From assembly GCF_009834535.1 (NCBI RefSeq), contig NC_045696.1:122204001-122268000 (forward strand): a stretch of DNA of 64,000 bases. Reading direction: 5' to 3'. Numbering within the stretch: the first letter of the stretch is position 1; each line of letters begins with the position of its first letter. The translations under genes were made by a program, and so were the position numbers. Below are positions 39,278 to 51,869 of the stretch, one piece after another. Below the pieces are notes generated by a model that was given only the letters and a program-made list of their open reading frames with translations, ran no database searches and had not been told where the DNA came from. Origin of the DNA: Camelus ferus (lineage: Eukaryota).

Positions 39278-42200
39278 GTTTTAAATTCCTGCAGTATTCA
39301 CTTTAAAACCGAATTGGAGATCATACCTCCTCATATATATGTATGGAGTGGAGTTTGCATAGTGAAAGAAACTTTGTGTCCCCAACAAGCTAGGTGAAGG
39401 AAGGCTTTCACACACACTTTTCTCTCAGAACTGAGCATGTGGAGAGACGTTCGTTCATCAAACACAAAGATAACGGGTTGCAGGAGAATGTTTTTCTCTG
39501 GTTTCTCAGTCTGTTTCCTAGTGCCGGTTTGAAGTTCCTGCAGTTATCATTGTAAACCGAGTTGGAGCTCGTACCTCCCCATATATATGTATGGAGTGGA
39601 GTTGCAAGTGAAAAGAAACTTTGTGTTCCCAACAATCAAGTTGAAGGACGGCTTTCACACACACTTATCTCACAGAACTGAGCATGTGGAGAGACGTTCG
39701 TTCATCTAGCACAAAGGGAAAAGGGGTTGCAGGAGAAACTATTACTCTGGTTTTCTCAGATCTGTTTCCTAGTGCCGGTTGAAGTTCCTGCAGTTTTCAC
39801 TGTAAAACCAAGTTGGATCTCGTACATTCCCATATATATGTATGGAGTGGAATTTGCAACTGAAAAGAAACTTTGTGTTCCCAACAAACTAGTTGAATGA
39901 CGGTTCTCACACACACACTTATCTCTCAGAACTGAGCATGTGGAGAGACGTTCGTTTAGCTAGCACAAAGGGAACGTGTTGCAGAAGAAATTATACTGTA
40001 GATTTTCACTCTTTTTTCCCAGTGCCTGTTTGAAGTTCCTGCAGTTCTCACTGGAAAACCGAGTTGGAGCTCGTACCTCCCCATATATATGTATGAAGTG
40101 GTGTTTGCAAGTGAATAGGAACTTTGTGTTTCGCAACAAGCTAGGTGAAGTAAGGCTTTCACACACACCTATCTCTCAGAACTGAGCATGTGGAGAGACG
40201 TTCGTTCATCTAGCACAAATGGAACGGGTTGCAGGAGAATCTTTTTCTCTGTTTTCTCAGTCTGTTTCCTAGTGCCGGTTTGAAGTTCCTGCAGTTTTCA
40301 CTGTAAAACCGTGTTGGAGATCGTACCTCCCATTATATATGTATGGAGTGGAGTTTGCAAGTGAAAAGAAACTTTGTGTTCACAAGAAGCTAGGTGAAGG
40401 ACGGCTTTCACTCACACATATCTCTCAGAACTGAGCATGTGGAGAGACGTTCGTTCATCTAGCACAAAGGGAAAAGGGTTGCAGGAAAAACTTTTACTCT
40501 GCTTTCTCAGTCTGTTTCCTTGTGCCGCTTTGAAGTTACTGCAATTTTCACTGTAAAATCGAATTGGAGCTCATACCTCCCCATATAAATGTATGGACTA
40601 GAGTTTGCAAGTGAAAAGAAACTTTGTGTTCCCAACAAGCTAGGTGAAGGACGGCTTTCACACACACATATCTCACAGAACTGAGCATGTGGAGAGACTT
40701 TCGTTCATCTAGCACAAAGGGAACGGGTTGCAGGAGAAATTTTTACTCTGGTTTCTCAATCTGTTTCTTGGTGCCGCATTGAAGTTACTGCAGTTTTCAC
40801 TGTAAACCGAGTTGGAGCTCGTACCTCCCCATATATATGTATGGAGTGGAGTTTTGCAACTGAAAAGAAACTTTGTGTTCTCACAAGCTAGGTGAATGAC
40901 GGATTTCACACACACTTATATCTCAGAACTGAGCATGTGGAGAGACGTTCGTTCATCTAGCACAAAGAGAACGTGTTGCAGAAGAAATTATACTCTAGAT
41001 TCTCAGTCTGTTTTCCTAGTGCCGTTTGATGTTCCTGCAGTTTACATTGTAAAACACAGTTGGAACTCGTACCAACCCATATATATGTATGGAGTGGAGT
41101 TTGCAAGTGAAAAGAAACTTTGTGTTCCCAACAAGCAAGGGTGAAGGACGGCTTTCACACACACCTATCTCTGTGAAATGAGCATGTGGAGAGACGTTCG
41201 TTCATCTAGCACAAAGGGAACGGGTTGCTGGAGAATCTTTTACTCTGGTATCTCAGTCTGTTTCTTAGTGCCGGTTTGATGTTCCTGCAGTTTTCACTGT
41301 AAAACGGAGTTTTAGCTAGTACCACCCCATATATATGTATGTAGAGGGAATTTGCAAGTGAAAAGAAACTTTGCTTTCCCAAAAAGCTAGGTGAAGGACG
41401 GCTTTCACACACTTATCTATCAGAACTGAGCATGTGGAGAGGACGTTGGTTCACCTAGCACAAAGGGAACGGGTTGCAGGAGAAACGTTTACTCTGGTTT
41501 CTCAGATTTTCTTAGTGCTGTTTTGAAGTTCCTGCAGTTTTCACTGTAAAACCGAGTTGGAGCTCGTACCACCCCATATATATGTATGGATTGGAGTTTG
41601 CAAGTGAAAAGAAACTTTGTGTTCCCAACAAGCTAGGTGTAGGACGGCTTTCACACACACTTATCTCTCAGAACTGAGCATGTGGAGAGACGTTCGTTCA
41701 TCTAGCACAAAGGGAACGGGTTCCAGGAGAAACTTTTACTCTGGTATATCAGTCTGTTTCCTATTGCCGGTTTGAAGTTCCTGCAGTTTTCACTGTAAAA
41801 CTGATTTGGAGCTCGTACCTCCCCATATATATGTATGGAGTGGAGTTTGCAACTGAAAAGAAACTTTGTGTTCCCAACAAGCTACGTGAAGGACGGCTTT
41901 CACACACACATTCTTCTCAGAACTGAGCATGTGGAAAGACGTTCGTTCATCTAGCACAAAGGGAACGGGTTGCAGGAGAAACGTTTACTCTGGTTTCTCA
42001 ATCTGTTTCCTAGAGTCGGTTTGAAATTCCTGCAGTTTTCACTGTAAAACCGAGTTGGTGCTCGTACCTCCCCATAAATATGTATGGAGTGGAGTTTGCA
42101 ACTGAATAGAAACTTTGGGTTCCCAACAATCAAGGTGAAGGACGGCTTTCACACACACTTTTCTCTCAGAAATGACCATGTGGAGAGACGTTCGTTCATC

Positions 42201-45200
42201 TAGCACAAAGGGAATGTGTTGCAGCAGAAACTTTTACTCTGGTTTCTCAGTCTGTTTCCTAGTGCTTGTTTGAAATTCCTGCATTTTTCACTGTAAATCT
42301 GAGTTGGAGCTCGTACCTCCCCGTATATATGTATGGAGTGGAGTTTGCAACTGAAAAGAATCTTTGTGTTCCCAACAAGCTAGGTGAAGGACGGCTTTCA
42401 CACACACTTATCTCTCAGAACTGAGCTTGTGGGGAGACGTTCGTTCATCTAACACAAAGGGAACGGGTTGCAGGAGATACTTTTACTCTGGAATCTCAGT
42501 CTGTTTCCTAGTGCCGGTTTGAAGTTCCTGCAGTTTTTCACTGTAAAACAGAGTTGGAGCTCGTACCTCCCCATATATATTTATGGAGTGGAGATAGCTA
42601 GTGAAAAGAAACTTTGTGTTCCCAACAAGTTAGATCAATGACGGCTTTCACACACACTTATCTCTCAGAACTGAGCATGTGGAGAGATGTACGTTCATCT
42701 AGAAAAAATGGATCGGGTTGCAGGAAAAAAGTTTACTCTGGTTTCTCAGTCTATTTCCTAGTGCCGGTTAGAAGTTCCTGCAGTTTTCACTGTAATACCG
42801 TGTTGGAGCTCTTACCTCCCCATATATATGTATGGAGTGGAGGTTGAAACTGAAAAGAATCTTTGTGTTCCCAACAAGCTACGTGAAGGACGGCTTTCAC
42901 ACACACTTATCTCTCAGAACTGAGCATGTGGAGAGACGTTCGTTCATCTAGCACAAATGGAACGGGTTGCAGGAGAACTATTACTCTGGTTTCTCAGTCT
43001 GTTTCTTAGTGCCGGTTGAAGTTCGTGCAGTTTTCACTGTAAAACCAAGTTGGATCTCGTACCTTCCCATATATATGTATGGAGTGGAATTTGCAACTGA
43101 AAAGAAACTTTGTGTTCCCAACAAACTAGTTGAATGACGGTTCTCACACACACTTATCTCTCAGAACTGAGCATGTGGAGAGACGTTCGTTTATCTAGCA
43201 CAAAGGGAAGGTGTTGCAGAAGAAATTATACTGTAGATTTTCACTCTTTTTCCCAGTGCCTGTTTGAAGTTCCTGCAGTTCTCACTGGAAAACCGAGTTG
43301 GAGCTCGTACCTCCCCATATAAATGTATGAAGTGGTGTTTGCAAGTGAATAGGAACTTTGTGTTCCCAACAAGCTAGGTGAAGTAAGGCTTTCACACACA
43401 CCTATCTCTCAGAACTGAGCATTTGGAGAGACGTTCGTTCATCTAACACAAAGGGAACGGGTTGCAGGAGATACTTTTACTCTGGAATCTGAGTCTGTTT
43501 CCTAGTGCCGGTTTTGAAGTTCCTGCAGTTTTCACTGTAAAACAGAGTTGGAGCTCGTACCTCCCCATATATATTTATGGAGTGGAGATAGCTAGTGAAA
43601 AGAACTTTGGTGTTCCCCACAAGTTAGATCAATGACGGCTTTCACACACACTTATCTCTCAGAACTGAGCATGTGGAGAGATGTACGTTCATCTAGAAAA
43701 AATGGATCGGGTTGCAGGAAAAAAGTTTACTCTGGTTTCTCAGTCTATTTCCTAGTGCCGGTTAGAAGTTCCTGCAGTTTTCACTGTAATACCGTGTTGG
43801 AGCTCTTACCTCCCCATATATATGTATGGAGTGGAGGTTGAAACTGAAAAGAATCTTTGTGTTCCCAACAAGCTACGTGAAGGACGGCTTTCACACAAAC
43901 TTATCTCTCAGAACTGAGCATGTGGAGAGACGTTCGTTCATCTAGCACAAAGGGAAAGGGTTTGCAGGAGAAACTATTACTCTGGTTTCTCAGTCTGTTT
44001 CCTAGTGCCGGTTGAAGTTCCTGCAGTTTTCACTGTAAAACCAAGTTGGATCTCGTACGTTCCCATATATATGTATGGAGTGGAATTTGCAAATGAAAAG
44101 AAACTTTGTGTTCCCAACAAACTAGTTGAATGACGGTTCTCACACACACTTATCTCTCAGAACTGAGAATGTGGAGAGACGTTCGTTTATCTAGCACAAA
44201 GGGAACGGGTTGCAGAAGAAAATTATACTGTAGATTTTCACTCTTTTTCCCAGTGCCTGTATGAAGTTCCTGCAGTTCTCACTGGAAAACCGTGTTGGAG
44301 CTCGTACCTCCCCATATATATGTATGAAGTGGTGTTTGCAAGTGAATAGGAACTTTGTGTTCCCAACCAGCTAGGTGAAGTAAGGCTTTCACACACACCT
44401 ATCTCTCAGAACAGAGCATGTGGAGAGACGTTCGTTCATCTAGCACAAATGGAACGGGTTGCAGGAGAATCTTTTTCTCTGTTTTCTCAGGCTGTTTCCT
44501 AGTGCCGGTTTGAAGTTCCTGCAGTTTTCACTGTAAAACCGTGTTGGAGATCGTACCTCCCATTATATATGTATGGAGTGGAGTTTGCAAGTGAAAAGAA
44601 ACTTTGTGTTCACAAGAAGCTAGGTGAAGGACGGCTTTCACACACACTTATCTCTCAGAACTGAGCATGTGGAGAGACGTTCGTTCATCTAGCACAAAGG
44701 GAACGGGTTGCAGGAGAAACTGTTTCTCTGGTTTCTCAGTCTGTTTCCTAGTGCCGGTTTGAATTTCCTGCAGTTTTCTCTGTTATACAGAGTTGGATCT
44801 CGTACCTCCCCATATATATGTAAGGAGTGGAGTTAGCAACTGAAATGAAACTTTGTGTTCCCAACAAAGTAGGTGAAGGACGGTTCTCACACACACTTAT
44901 CTCTCAGAACTGAGCATGTGGAGAGACGTTCGTTTATCTAGCACAAAGGGAACGTGTTGCAGAAAAAATTATACTGTAGATTTTCACTATTTTTCCCAGT
45001 GCCTGTTTGAAGTTCCTGCAGTTTTCACTGTAAAACCGAGTTGGAGCTCGTACCTCCCCATATATATGTATGGAGAGGTGTTTGCAAGTGAAAAGAAACT
45101 TTGTGTTCCCAACAAGCTAGGTGAAGGAAGGCTTTCACACACACCTATCTCTCAGAACTGAGCATGTGGAGAGACGTTCGTTCATCTAGCACAAAGGGAA

Positions 45201-48200
45201 CGGGTTGCAGGAGAATCTTTTTCTCTGTTTTCTCAGTCTGTTTCCTAGTGCCGGTTTGAAGTTACTGCAGTTTTCACTGTAAAACCGAGTTGGAGCTCGT
45301 ACCTCCCCATATATATGTATGGAGTGGAGTTTGCAACTGAAAAGAAACTTTGTGTTCTCAACAAGCTATGTGAAGGACGGCTTTCACACACACTTATATC
45401 TCAGAACTGAGCAGGTGGAGAGACGTTCGTTCATCTAGCACAAAGAGAACGTGTTGCAGAAGAAATTATACTCTAGATTCTCAGTCTGTTTCCTAGTGCC
45501 GGTTTGAAGTTCCTGCAGTTTACACTGTAAAACACAGTTGGAGCTCGTACCACCCCATATATATGTATGGAGTGGAGTTTGCAAGTGAAAAGAAACTTTG
45601 TATTCCCAACAAGCTAGGTGAAGGACGGCTTTCACACACACCTATCTCTCTGAAATGAGCATGTGTAGAGACGTTCGTTCATCTAGCACAAAGGGAACGG
45701 GTTGCAGGGGAATCTTTTACTCTGGTTTCTCAGTCTGTTTCCTAGTGCCGGTTTGATGTTCCTGCAGTATTCACTGTAAAACCGAGTTGGAGGTAGTACC
45801 ACCCCATATATATGTATGTAGAGGAATTTGCAAGTGAAAAGTAACTTTGCTTTCCCAAAAAGCTAGGTGAAGGACGGCTTTCACACACATTTATCTATCA
45901 GAACTGAGCATGTGACGAGACGTTTGTTCATCTAGCACAAAGGGAACGGGTTGCATGAGAAACTTTTTCTCTGGTTTCTCAGTCTGTTTCCTAGTGCCGG
46001 TTTGAAGTTCCTGCAGTTTTCACTGTAAAGCCGAGTTGGAGCTCGTAACTACCCATAATTATGTATGGAGTGGAGTTTCAACTGAATAGAAACTTTGGGT
46101 TCCCAAAAAGCTAGGTGAAGGACGGCTTTCACACACATCTATCTCTCTGAACTGAGCATGTGGAGAGACGTTCGTTCATCTAGCACAAAGGAAAGGGTTG
46201 CAGGAGAAACTTTTACTCTGGTTTCTCAATCTGTTTCCTAGTGTCGGTATGAAGTTCCTGCAGTTTTCACTGTAAAACAGATTTGGAGCTCGTACCAACC
46301 CATATATATGTATGGAGTGGAGTTTGCAACTGAAAAGAATCTTTGTGTTCCCAACAAGCTTCGTGAAGGATGGCTATCACACACACATATCTCTCAGAAC
46401 TGAGCATGTGGAGAGACTTTCGTTCATCTAGCACAAAAGGAATGGGTTGCAGGAGAAAATTTTACTCTTGTTTCTCAGTCTGTGTCCTTGTGCCGGTTTG
46501 AAGTTCCTGCAGTTTTCACTGTAAAACCGAGTTGGAGCTCGTACCTCCCTATTTATGTAAGGAGTGGATTTCCCAAGTTAAAAGAAACTTTGTGTTCCCA
46601 ACAAGCTAGGAGGAAGACGGTATTCACACACACTTTTCTCTCAGAAGTGAGCATGTGGAGAGACGTTCCTTTATCTAGCACAAAGGGAACGGGTTGCAGG
46701 TGAAAATTTTACTCTGGTTTCTCAGACTGTTTCCTAATGCCGGTTTTAAATTCCTGCAGTATTCACTTTAAAACCGAATTGGAGATCATACCTCCTCATA
46801 TATATGTATGGAGTGGAGTTTGCAAGTGAAAAGAAACTTTGTGTCCCCAACAAGCTAGGTGAAGGAAGGCTTTCACACACACTTTTCTCTCAGAACTGAG
46901 CATGTGGAGAGACGTTCGTTCATCAAACACAAAGATAACGGGTTGCAGGAGAATGTTTTTCTCTGGTTTCTCAGTCTGTTTCCTAGTGCCGGTTTGAAGT
47001 TCCTGCAGTTATCATTGTAAAACCGAGTTGGAGCTCGTACCTCCCCATATATATGTATGGAGTGGAGTTGCAAGTGAAAAGAAACTTTGTGTTCCCAACA
47101 ATCAAGTTGAAGGACGGCTTTCACACACACTTATCTCACAGAACTGAGCATGTGGAGAGACGTTCGTTCATCTAGCACAAAGGGAAAGGGTTGCAGGAGA
47201 AACTATTACTCTGGTTTCTCAGTCTGTTTCCTAGTGCCGGTTGAAGTTCCTGCAGTTTTCACTGTAAAACCAAGTTGGATCTCGTACATTCCCATATATA
47301 TGTATGGAGTGGAATTTGCAACTGAAAAGAAACTTTGTGTTCCCAACAAACTAGTTGAATGACGGTTCTCACACACACTTATCTCTCAGAACTGAGCATG
47401 TGGAGAGACGTTCGTTTAGCTAGCACAAAGGGAACGTGTTGCAGAAGAAATTATACTGTAGATTTTCACTCTTTTTCCCAGTGCCTGTTTGAAGTTCCTG
47501 CAGTTCTCACTGGAAAACCGAGTTGGAGCTCGTACCTCCCCATATATATGTATGAAGTGGTGTTTGCAAGTGAATAGGAACTTTGTGTTCGCAACAAGCT
47601 AGGTGAAGTAAGGCTTTCACACACACCTATCTCTCAGAACTGAGCATGTGGAGAGACGTTCGTTCATCTAGCACAAATGGAACGGGTTGCAGGAGAATCT
47701 TTTTCTCTGTTTTCTCAGTCTGTTTCCTAGTGCCGGTTTGAAGTTCCTGCAGTTTTCACTGTAAAACCGTGTTGGAGATCGTACCTCCCATTATATATGT
47801 ATGGAGTGGAGTTTGCAAGTGAAAAGAAACTTTGTGTTCACAAGAAGCTAGGTGAAGGACGGCTTTCACTCACACATATCTCTCAGAACTGAGCATGTGG
47901 AGAGACGTTCGTTCATCTAGCACAAAGGGAAAGGGTTGCAGGAAAAACTTTTACTCTGCTTTCTCAGTCTGTTTCCTTGTGCCGCTTTGAAGTTACTGCA
48001 ATTTTCACTGTAAAATCGAATTGGAGCTCATACCTCCCCATATAAATGTATGGACTAGAGTTTGCAAGTGAAAAGAAACTTTGTGTTCCCAACAAGCTAG
48101 GTGAAGGACGGCTTTCACACACACATATCTCACAGAACTGAGCATGTGGAGAGACTTTCGTTCATCTAGCACAAAGGGAACGGGTTGCAGGAGAAATTTT

Positions 48201-51200
48201 TACTCTGGTTTCTCAATCTGTTTCTTGGTGCCGCATTGAAGTTACTGCAGTTTTCACTGTAAACCGAGTTGGAGCTCGTACCTCCCCATATATATGTATG
48301 GAGTGGAGTTTGCAACTGAAAAGAAACTTTGTGTTCTCAACAAGCTAGGTGAATGACGGATTTCACACACACTTATATCTCAGAACTGAGCATGTGGAGA
48401 GACGTTCGTTCATCTAGCACAAAGAGAACGTGTTGCAGAAGAAATTATACTCTAGATTCTCAGTCTGTTTCCTAGTGCCGGTTTGATGTTCCTGCAGTTT
48501 ACATTGTAAAACACAGTTGGAACTCGTACCAACCCATATATATGTATGGAGTGGAGTTTGCAAGTGAAAAGAAACTTTGTGTTCCCAACAAGCAAGGTGA
48601 AGGACGGCTTTCACACACACCTATCTCTGTGAAATGAGCATGTGGAGAGACGTTCGTTCATCTAGCACAAAGGGAACGGGTTGCTGGAGAATCTTTTACT
48701 CTGGTATCTCAGTCTGTTTCTTAGTGCCGGTTTGATGTTCCTGCAGTTTTCACTGTAAAACGGAGTTTTAGCTAGTACCACCCCATATATATGTATGTAG
48801 AGGAATTTGCAAGTGAAAAGAAACTTTGCTTTCCCAAAAAGCTAGGTGAAGGACGGCTTTCACACACTTATCTATCAGAACTGAGCATGTGGAGAGACGT
48901 TGGTTCACCTAGCACAAAGGGAACGGGTTGCAGGAGAAACGTTTACTCTGGTTTCTCAGATTTTTCTTAGTGCTGTTTTGAAGTTCCTGCAGTTTTCACT
49001 GTAAAACCGAGTTGGAGCTCGTACCACCCCATATATATGTATGGATTGGAGTTTGCAAGTGAAAAGAAACTTTGTGTTCCCAACAAGCTAGGTGTAGGAC
49101 GGCTTTCACACACACTTATCTCTCAGAACTGAGCATGTGGAGAGACGTTCGTTCATCTAGCACAAAGGGAACGGGTTCCAGGAGAAACTTTTACTCTGGT
49201 ATATCAGTCTGTTTCCTATTGCCGGTTTGAAGTTCCTGCAGTTTTCACTGTAAAACTGATTTGGAGCTCGTACCTCCCCATATATATGTATGGAGTGGAG
49301 TTTGCAACTGAAAAGAAACTTTGTGTTCCCAACAAGCTACGTGAAGGACGGCTTTCACACACACATTCTTCTCAGAACTGAGCATGTGGAAAGACGTTCG
49401 TTCATCTAGCACAAAGGGAACGGGTTGCAGGAGAAACGTTTACTCTGGTTTCTCAATCTGTTTCCTAGAGTCGGTTTGAAATTCCTGCAGTTTTCACTGT
49501 AAAACCGAGTTGGTGCTCGTACCTCCCCATAAATATGTATGGAGTGGAGTTTGCAACTGAATAGAAACTTTGGGTTCCCAACAATCAAGGTGAAGGACGG
49601 CTTTCACACACACTTTTCTCTCAGAAATGACCATGTGGAGAGACGTTCGTTCATCTAGCACAAAGGGAATGTGTTGCAGCAGAAACTTTTACTCTGGTTT
49701 CTCAGTCTGTTTCCTAGTGCTTGTTTGAAATTCCTGCATTTTTCACTGTAAATCTGAGTTGGAGCTCGTACCTCCCCGTATATATGTATGGAGTGGAGTT
49801 TGCAACTGAAAAGAATCTTTGTGTTCCCAACAAGCTAGGTGAAGGACGGCTTTCACACACACTTATCTCTCAGAACTGAGCTTGTGGGGAGACGTTCGTT
49901 CATCTAACACAAAGGGAACGGGTTGCAGGAGATACTTTTACTCTGGAATCTCAGTCTGTTTCCTAGTGCCGGTTTGAAGTTCCTGCAGTTTTCACTGTAA
50001 AACAGAGTTGGAGCTCGTACCTCCCCATATATATTTATGGAGTGGAGATAGCTAGTGAAAAGAAACTTTGTGTTCCCAACAAGTTAGATCAATGACGGCT
50101 TTCACACACACTTATCTCTCAGAACTGAGCATGTGGAGAGATGTACGTTCATCTAGAAAAAATGGATCGGGTTGCAGGAAAAAAGTTTACTCTGGTTTCT
50201 CAGTCTATTTCCTAGTGCCGGTTAGAAGTTCCTGCAGTTTTCACTGTAATACCGTGTTGGAGCTCTTACCTCCCCATATATATGTATGGAGTGGAGGTTG
50301 AAACTGAAAAGAATCTTTGTGTTCCCAACAAGCTACGTGAAGGTCGGCTTTCACACACACTTATCTCTCAGAACTGAGCATGTGGAGAGACGTTCGTTCA
50401 TCTAGCACAAATGGAACGGGTTGCAGGAGAAACTATTACTCTGGTTTCTCAGTCTGTTTCTTAGTGCCGGTTGAAGTTCGTGCAGTTTTCACTGTAAAAC
50501 CAAGTTGGATCTCGTACCTTCCCATATATATGTATGGAGTGGAATTTGCAACTGAAAAGAAACTTTGTGTTCCCAACAAACTAGTTGAATGACGGTTCTC
50601 ACACACACTTATCTCTCAGAACTGAGCATGTGGAGAGACGTTCGTTTATCTAGCACAAAGGGAAGGTGTTGCAGAAGAAATTATACTGTAGATTTTCACT
50701 CTTTTTCCCAGTGCCTGTTTGAAGTTCCTGCAGTTCTCACTGGAAAACCGAGTTGGAGCTCGTACCTCCCCATATATATGTATGAAGTGGTGTTTGCAAG
50801 TGAATAGGAACTTTGTGTTCCCAACAAGCTAGGTGAAGTAAGGCTTTCACACACACCTATCTCTCAGAACTGAGCATTTGGAGAGACGTTCGTTCATCTA
50901 ACACAAAGGGAACGGGTTGCAGGAGATACTTTTACTCTGGAATCTGAGTCTGTTTCCTAGTGCCGGTTTGAAGTTCCTGCAGTTTTCACTGTAAAACAGA
51001 GTTGGAGCTCGTACCTCCCCATATATATTTATGGAGTGGAGATAGCTAGTGAAAAGAAACTTTGTGTTCCCAACAAGTTAGATCAATGACGGCTTTCACA
51101 CACACTTATCTCTCAGAACTGAGCATGTGGAGAGATGTACGTTCATCTAGAAAAAATGGATCGGGTTGCAGGAAAAAAGTTTACTCTGGTTTCTCAGTCT

Positions 51201-51860
51201 ATTTCCTAGTGCCGGTTAGAAGTTCCTGCAGTTTTCACTGTAATACCGTGTTGGAGCTCTTACCTCCCCATATATATGTATGGAGTGGAGGTTGAAACTG
51301 AAAAGAATCTTTGTGTTCCCAACAAGCTACGTGAAGGACGGCTTTCACACAAACTTATCTCTCAGAACTGAGCATGTGGAGAGACGTTCGTTCATCTAGC
51401 ACAAAGGGAAAGGGTTGCAGGAGAAACTATTACTCTGGTTTCTCAGTCTGTTTCCTAGTGCCGGTTGAAGTTCCTGCAGTTTTCACTGTAAAACCAAGTT
51501 GGATCTCGTACGTTCCCATATATATGTATGGAGTGGAATTTGCAAATGAAAAGAAACTTTGTGTTCCCAACAAACTAGTTGAATGACGGTTCTCACACAC
51601 ACTTATCTCTCAGAACTGAGAATGTGGAGAGACGTTCGTTTATCTAGCACAAAGGGAACGGGTTGCAGAAGAAATTATACTGTAGATTTTCACTCTTTTT
51701 CCCAGTGCCTGTATGAAGTTCCTGCAGTTCTCACTGGAAAACCGTGTTGGAGCTCGTACCTCCCCATATATATGTATGAAGTGGTGTTTGCAAGTGAATA
51801 GGAACTTTGTGTTCCCAACCAGCTAGGTGAAGTAAGGCTTTCACACACACCTATCTCTCA
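39278..51860 (+). repeat. 30-monomer periodicity (~7455 bp): 39278-44410 is repeated at 46743-51860
   Basis: 'gttttaaattcctgcagtattcactttaaaaccgaattggagatcatacctcctcat' at 39278 and 46743. ORF pairs 41951/49406, 42614/50068 and 43134/50589 are offset by 7454-7455 bp. Confidence 0.93.
42440..44400 (+). repeat. 4-monomer tandem duplication (~994 bp) nested in the 30-mer; also present at ~49900-51860
   Basis: 'gagatagctagtgaaaag' at ~42591, 43585, 50046, 51040. ORFs 50068/51062 and 50589/51583 are offset by 994 bp. Confidence 0.9.
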
Positions 51861-51869
51861 GAACTGAGC

